NCBI RefSeq assembly: GCF_963921235.1
Contig: NC_086108.1
Span: forward strand, 57,538,001 to 57,602,000
Origin: Mobula hypostoma
Taxonomy: Eukaryota
Reading direction: 5' to 3'
Length of the DNA: 64,000 bases
Positions 59,325 through 64,000 of the stretch are shown here, in pieces. The position numbers and the translations under genes were made by a program. Under the pieces are notes generated by a model that was not told the DNA's origin, searched no databases, and saw nothing but the letters and a program-made list of their open reading frames with translations. Numbering within the stretch: position 1 is the first letter of the stretch; the number at the start of each line of letters is the position of its first letter.

Positions 59325-61150
59325 TCATAAGATATGGGAGCCAAATTAGGCCATTTGGCCCATCAAGTCTGCTCTGCCATTTCATCATGGCTGATCCATT
59401 TTCCTCTCAGTCCCAATCTCCTGTCTTCTCCCCGTATCTGTTCATGCCCTGACTAATCAAGGATCTGTCAAGCTCTGCCTTAAATATACCCAAAGACCTG
59501 GCCTCCACAGCTACCTGTGGCAACTTCTACAGATTCACTACTCCCTAGCTAGAGAAATTACTCCTCACCTATGTTCTAAATGGGCGACCCTCTATTCTGA
59601 GGCTGTGTCCTCTGGACTTAGACTCTACCACCAAAGGAGACATCCTCTCCATGTCCAGTCTATCAAGGCCTTTCACCATTTGATAGATTTCAATAAGACC
59701 CCCTTCTCATTCTTCTGAATTCCAATGAGTACAAGTTCAGAGCCATCAAGTACTCCTATATGATAGGCCTTTCAATCACAGAATCATTTTCATGAGCCTC
59801 CTTTGAACCCTCTCCAATGTCAGCACATCGTTGAATACACGTAGGATAGATAAAGGGGAAGTAGTGGATGTTGTATATTTGGATTTTCAGAAGGCCTTTG
59901 ACAAGGTGCCACACGTGGGGCTGCTTACCAAGTTAAGAGCCCATGGTATTATAGGGAAGTTACTGGCATGGTAAGAGCATTGGCTGATTGGTAGGAGGCA
60001 GCGAGTGGGAATAAAAGGATCCTTGTCTGTTAGCTGCCAGTGACTAGTAGTGTTCTGCAAGGCCACTTCTTTTTATGTTGTATATCAGCGATTTAGATGA
60101 TGGAATAGATGTCTTTGTTGTTAAGTTTGCAGATGATGTGAAGATTGGTGAATGGGCAGGTAGTACTGAGGAAACAGGAAGGTTGCTGAAGGACTTAGAC
60201 AGGATAGGAGACTGGGCAAGAGAGAGGCAAATAAAATACAATGTTAGAAAATGCATGGTCACACACTTTGGTAGTAAAAATAAATGTACCGACAAAGGGA
60301 CTTGGGAGTCCTTGTGCAGATCACCCTAAAGGTTAACTTGCAGGTTGAGTCTGTAGTGAAGTGAAGAAGGCAAATTCAATGTGAGCATTCATTTCAAGAG
60401 GCCCAGAATACAACAGCAGGGATGTGATGCTGAGGCTTTATAAGGCACTGATGAGACCTCACCTTCAGTATTGTGGACAATTTTGGGCTCCTCATCAAAG
60501 AAGAGATGTGCTGGTATTGGAGAGGGTTCAGAGGAGGCTCACAAGGATGATTCCAGGAATGAAGAGACGAGGAAAGTTTGATGGTTCTTTGTCCGTACTG
60601 ACTCAAATTTAGAAGGATGAGTTGGGGATCTTATTGAAACCTTTTGAATGTTGAAAGGCCTGGACAGAGTAGATGTGGAAAGGATGTTTCCCATGGTGAG
60701 GGAGTCTAGGAGAAGAGGGCATGGCCTCAGGATAGAGGGGCATCCATTTAAAACAGGAATGTGTAGAAATTTCTTTAGCCAGTGGGTGGTGTATTTGTGG
60801 AATTTATTACCACAAGCAGCTGTAGAGGCCAGGTTGTTGGGTGTATTTAAAGCAGATCTTGATCAGTTCTTGATTGGATACGGCATCAAAGGTTATGGGG
60901 AGAAGACTGGGGAGTAGAGGTCAGGAGGGGAAAAAAGGATCAGCCATGATTGAATGGCACAGTAGACTCTCTGGGTCAAATGGCCTTATTGTGCTCCTAT
61001 GTCTTATAGTCTTATGGCCTATTTTTCATAGATAAGGGGCCCAACACTGTTCACAATACTCCAAGTGAAGCCCCACCAATGCTTTATAAAGCCCCAACAT
61101 TACATCCTTCCTTTTACAATCTAATCCTTTTGAAATGAATGCTAATATTG
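59325..61150. mobile_element. Minus-strand CR1 3' end (59325-59830, 61025-61150) with a plus-strand CR1 (59830-61020) nested inside
   Basis: Host ...CAGCACATC | TTTTCATAGATAAGGGGCCCAA continuity; the insert has [26 protein letters not shown] and a TATGTCTTATAGTCTTATG tail. Confidence 0.85.
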
Positions 61151-62060
61151 GATTTAAAAATACTTTTCCTTTGGGATACTTCCAGTCTAGATATAAGCTC
61201 ATCTCACTATTTGAAGTGGAGTTTTGCATGAAGGAGTTCTTTGTGCCTTCAGGTGCAGAGAAAAACATTTTCTTTTTCTCCTTTCTTGTCAGATACAAAC
61301 ATCAGAGTTAGCATGAGGCTTTGCACTCACTTTAGGCTATCCCATTTTGCAGGGCTCTAGTGTTTGCATAGACCTGAAGACTCACTTTCAAGGACTCTAC
61401 AATAAAGTACAAATGTTTACATTATTCATTTACTTTTTTAAATTATTTGCATGATTTGTCTTTTGCACATTAGTTGTTTGTCAGCCTTTGTTGTTTATAG
61501 TTTTTGTAACTTCTGTTGTATTTATTTATTTTTCTGTAAATCTTGCAGAAATAAATCTTAAGGAGGTATATTTGATGACACTTATGTCCTTTGACAATGA
61601 ATTTACATTGAACTTTGTCCTACATACAGATTTGATGAACTGAAGTAGTTTTGCTCCCTTCATGTGCAGCTGGCCATATCTTTCAGCTGAATGCATGTTA
61701 TCCTGGCATTGATTTGTTTATTTATCCCTACTACACCTGCATCAGAACTACCATGTCAAATCAGAAGTTGGTTACTATTTGGCAAGGATTAACCAGCCAC
61801 AATATGGCTCTCAATGCTTTTTGAGAACACATACATCTACTGTTGGCTTAAAGTCAAAGTCAAGCTGGTGGAAGGGACACTTCAGATAGTGACACTGAAG
61901 CAGTGCATCTATTGCCTCATTTCCTTGAAAGGACACCTATAAAGATCATGAGAGTGGATACCAGGGATCATGCCTTGTCATTATCTGTCGTATTAAGTAG
62001 TATGTCACTCAACCTATTCGCTATGCCAACCAAGACTTTTCCTGGGTATTTTTCTTGGAT

Positions 62061-64000
62061 ATCATCATCACCAATGATCACTCGTAGTCGAATATGATTC
62101 TTCTTCTGGTGGTTGATCTGGTAACTTGTGGATCTTGAGTTGTCTGAAGAGGTCGATCCGTGATGTATAAGTTCTTTTGCAGGGTTGGCTGGTGTAGATC
62201 ATTGAAGTGGTGGATATAGCTGGTTGGACCTTTCCTAGTCTCTCTTTACATTGAAGCTGCTTAGTCCCAGCGTCACAGTGGAGGTATTTTTTGAGCTGTG
62301 CAATTCCCTCAGTCCTTCTCCAGCTTTTCTTGTCCTGTGCTAATTTCTCCCATCCATTCAGGTTGATGTGGCACTTCCTCAGGTGGGTCTCAATTTTGTC
62401 CTTGAACTGCTTTTCCTGCCCTCCAAGATTGCACTTTGCATCCTTCAGCTGGCCGAACAGGAGTTATTTAGGAAGATGGGAGTCAGGCATACGGATGATG
62501 TGGCTGACCCATTGCAATTGGTGTTGAGTCAGGTTTGTGGCTATGGAGTTAATCTTAGCTTCCTCCCGGATGCTGGAGTTAGTATGCCTGTCCTTCCAGT
62601 TAACTCTCAGAATCTTTCAGAGGCATCATAGATAGTAAGTTTCTTGGGATTTTATGTGCCTGCTGTATGTTGTCCATGACTGTGCTCCATATAGTAAGGA
62701 GGGGAGGACTATAGCTTTATAGACCAGAAGCTTAGTGTTGGTCTTGATATTCCTATCTTCAAAAACCCTCTTTCTCAACCTGGCAAAGGCTCCACTCGCA
62801 TAGCCTATTCTGTGATTTATTTCAAGGTCAATGTTGGCTTATGAAGAAAGAAGGCTGCCAAGATATGGGAAATGCTCAGTGTTCCCCAAAGCGATGTTGT
62901 CAACTTGGATGGTTGGAGGTTTAGGAGCTTGATCTGGAGCAGGTTGGTGCAGGACTTGGGTTTTCTTGATGCTTAGGTCAAATCCCATGAACTTGTATCC
63001 TCTGGCAAAGTCATCCATTATGCACTGCAGATCCTCCTCAGAGTGAGCTACGATGGCGTTGTCATCTGTATATTGGAGAACCATGATGGAAGTAGTTGAC
63101 AACTTGCTCTTTGCCTTGAACCTGTTAAGGTTAAAGAGCCCCCCATCTGTCCTATAGAGAATCTGGACTCTTTGTGGGAGGTCATGGCCTGTGAGGTGAA
63201 GAATAGTTGCAATGAAAACGGCAGACAGAGTTGGGACAATGATGCACCCCTGTTTGACCCCGGTCTCAAGCTTAAAAGGTGCTGTTTCAGAGCTGCTGTT
63301 GCTGATGACTGTTACACTCATAACATTGTGTAAGAGCTGCAGGATCTTGAGGTATTTCTCTGGGCACCCGATTTTGGACGGTACCTGCCAAAGGGGAGGA
63401 TGATTTACAGAGTCAAATACTTTTGTAAGGTCTATGAAAGCCATATAAAGTGGGAGATTTTGTTCCTGGGCTTTGTGCTGCAATTGACATGCTGTAAAAA
63501 TCATGACAGATGTTCCTCTGGCGGGACAGAAGCCCCACTGTGACTTAGGCAGGCGATCTACCAGAGGTGAAAGCTGGTCACATAAAATTCGGGTGAGTAC
63601 CTTTCCTGTTGTAGAGAGGAAGGAGAAACTTCTATAATTTCTGCAGTCAGATTCGTCATGCTTTTTGAAGAGTGTGATCATCAGGGCATCCCTGAGTTCA
63701 GCAGGAATCTTTCCCTGTTCCCAGGTCTTGACAAGCAGGTCATGAATATGATTTAAAGTTCTGTGCCACCTTCCTTGAGGATTTCTGCTGGAATTCCATC
63801 AGGCCCAGTGGCTTTGTTGTTCCTCAATTTCTTGGAAGCTGTCTGCACCTCTTTGACAGTAAGAGGCTTACTCATGTCCTCCTTCATGTGTCGTTGTGGG
63901 AGCTGGTTGATGTCTTCAATGTCAACTGTGGTGGTACGATTAAGTAGCTCTTGAAAGTGTTCCTTCCATCAAGAATTGATAGCATCATTGTCCTTTAGCG
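62061..64000 (-). mobile_element. RTE-clade LINE (RT through 3' end), extending beyond the window
   Basis: ORF 62839..63681: DCRNYRSFSFLSTTGK, LPKSQWGF, MAFIDLTKVFDSV, GVKQGCIIVP, LQYTDD, FPYLGS; (GAT)n tail at 62061. Confidence 0.92.

Overview
This is vertebrate genomic DNA, most likely from a cartilaginous fish (ray or shark; inferred from the repeat inventory), and it is dominated by nested transposon remnants: CR1, Rex1/Babar, Penelope-like, RTE, HERO and Nimb/I retroelements, Tc1/mariner DNA elements, V-SINEs and a probable solo LTR. Only one host coding exon is recognisable: the 48-nt first coding exon of a DEPDC1-family gene (1276-1323, minus strand, MESRIISPGPYRATKL followed by GTAAGT), with a CpG-rich promoter carrying CHR, CCAAT, E-box and CRE motifs. 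A second CpG-rich, CCAAT-rich promoter at about 9.5-10.4 kb points the other way, with candidate spliced exons but no identifiable product. The most striking non-coding signal is a set of minimal hammerhead-ribozyme motifs (CTGANGA...GAAAC-GTH) in Penelope terminal repeats. These include a 288-bp element flanked by a target-site duplication (TSD) and made almost entirely of two inverted ribozyme-bearing arms. Nearly all long ORFs in the supplied track are transposon-derived. Repeat boundaries are by-eye estimates unless a TSD or terminal inverted repeat (TIR) is quoted, and family names come from motif recognition, not database searches. I see no clearly new protein-coding system.
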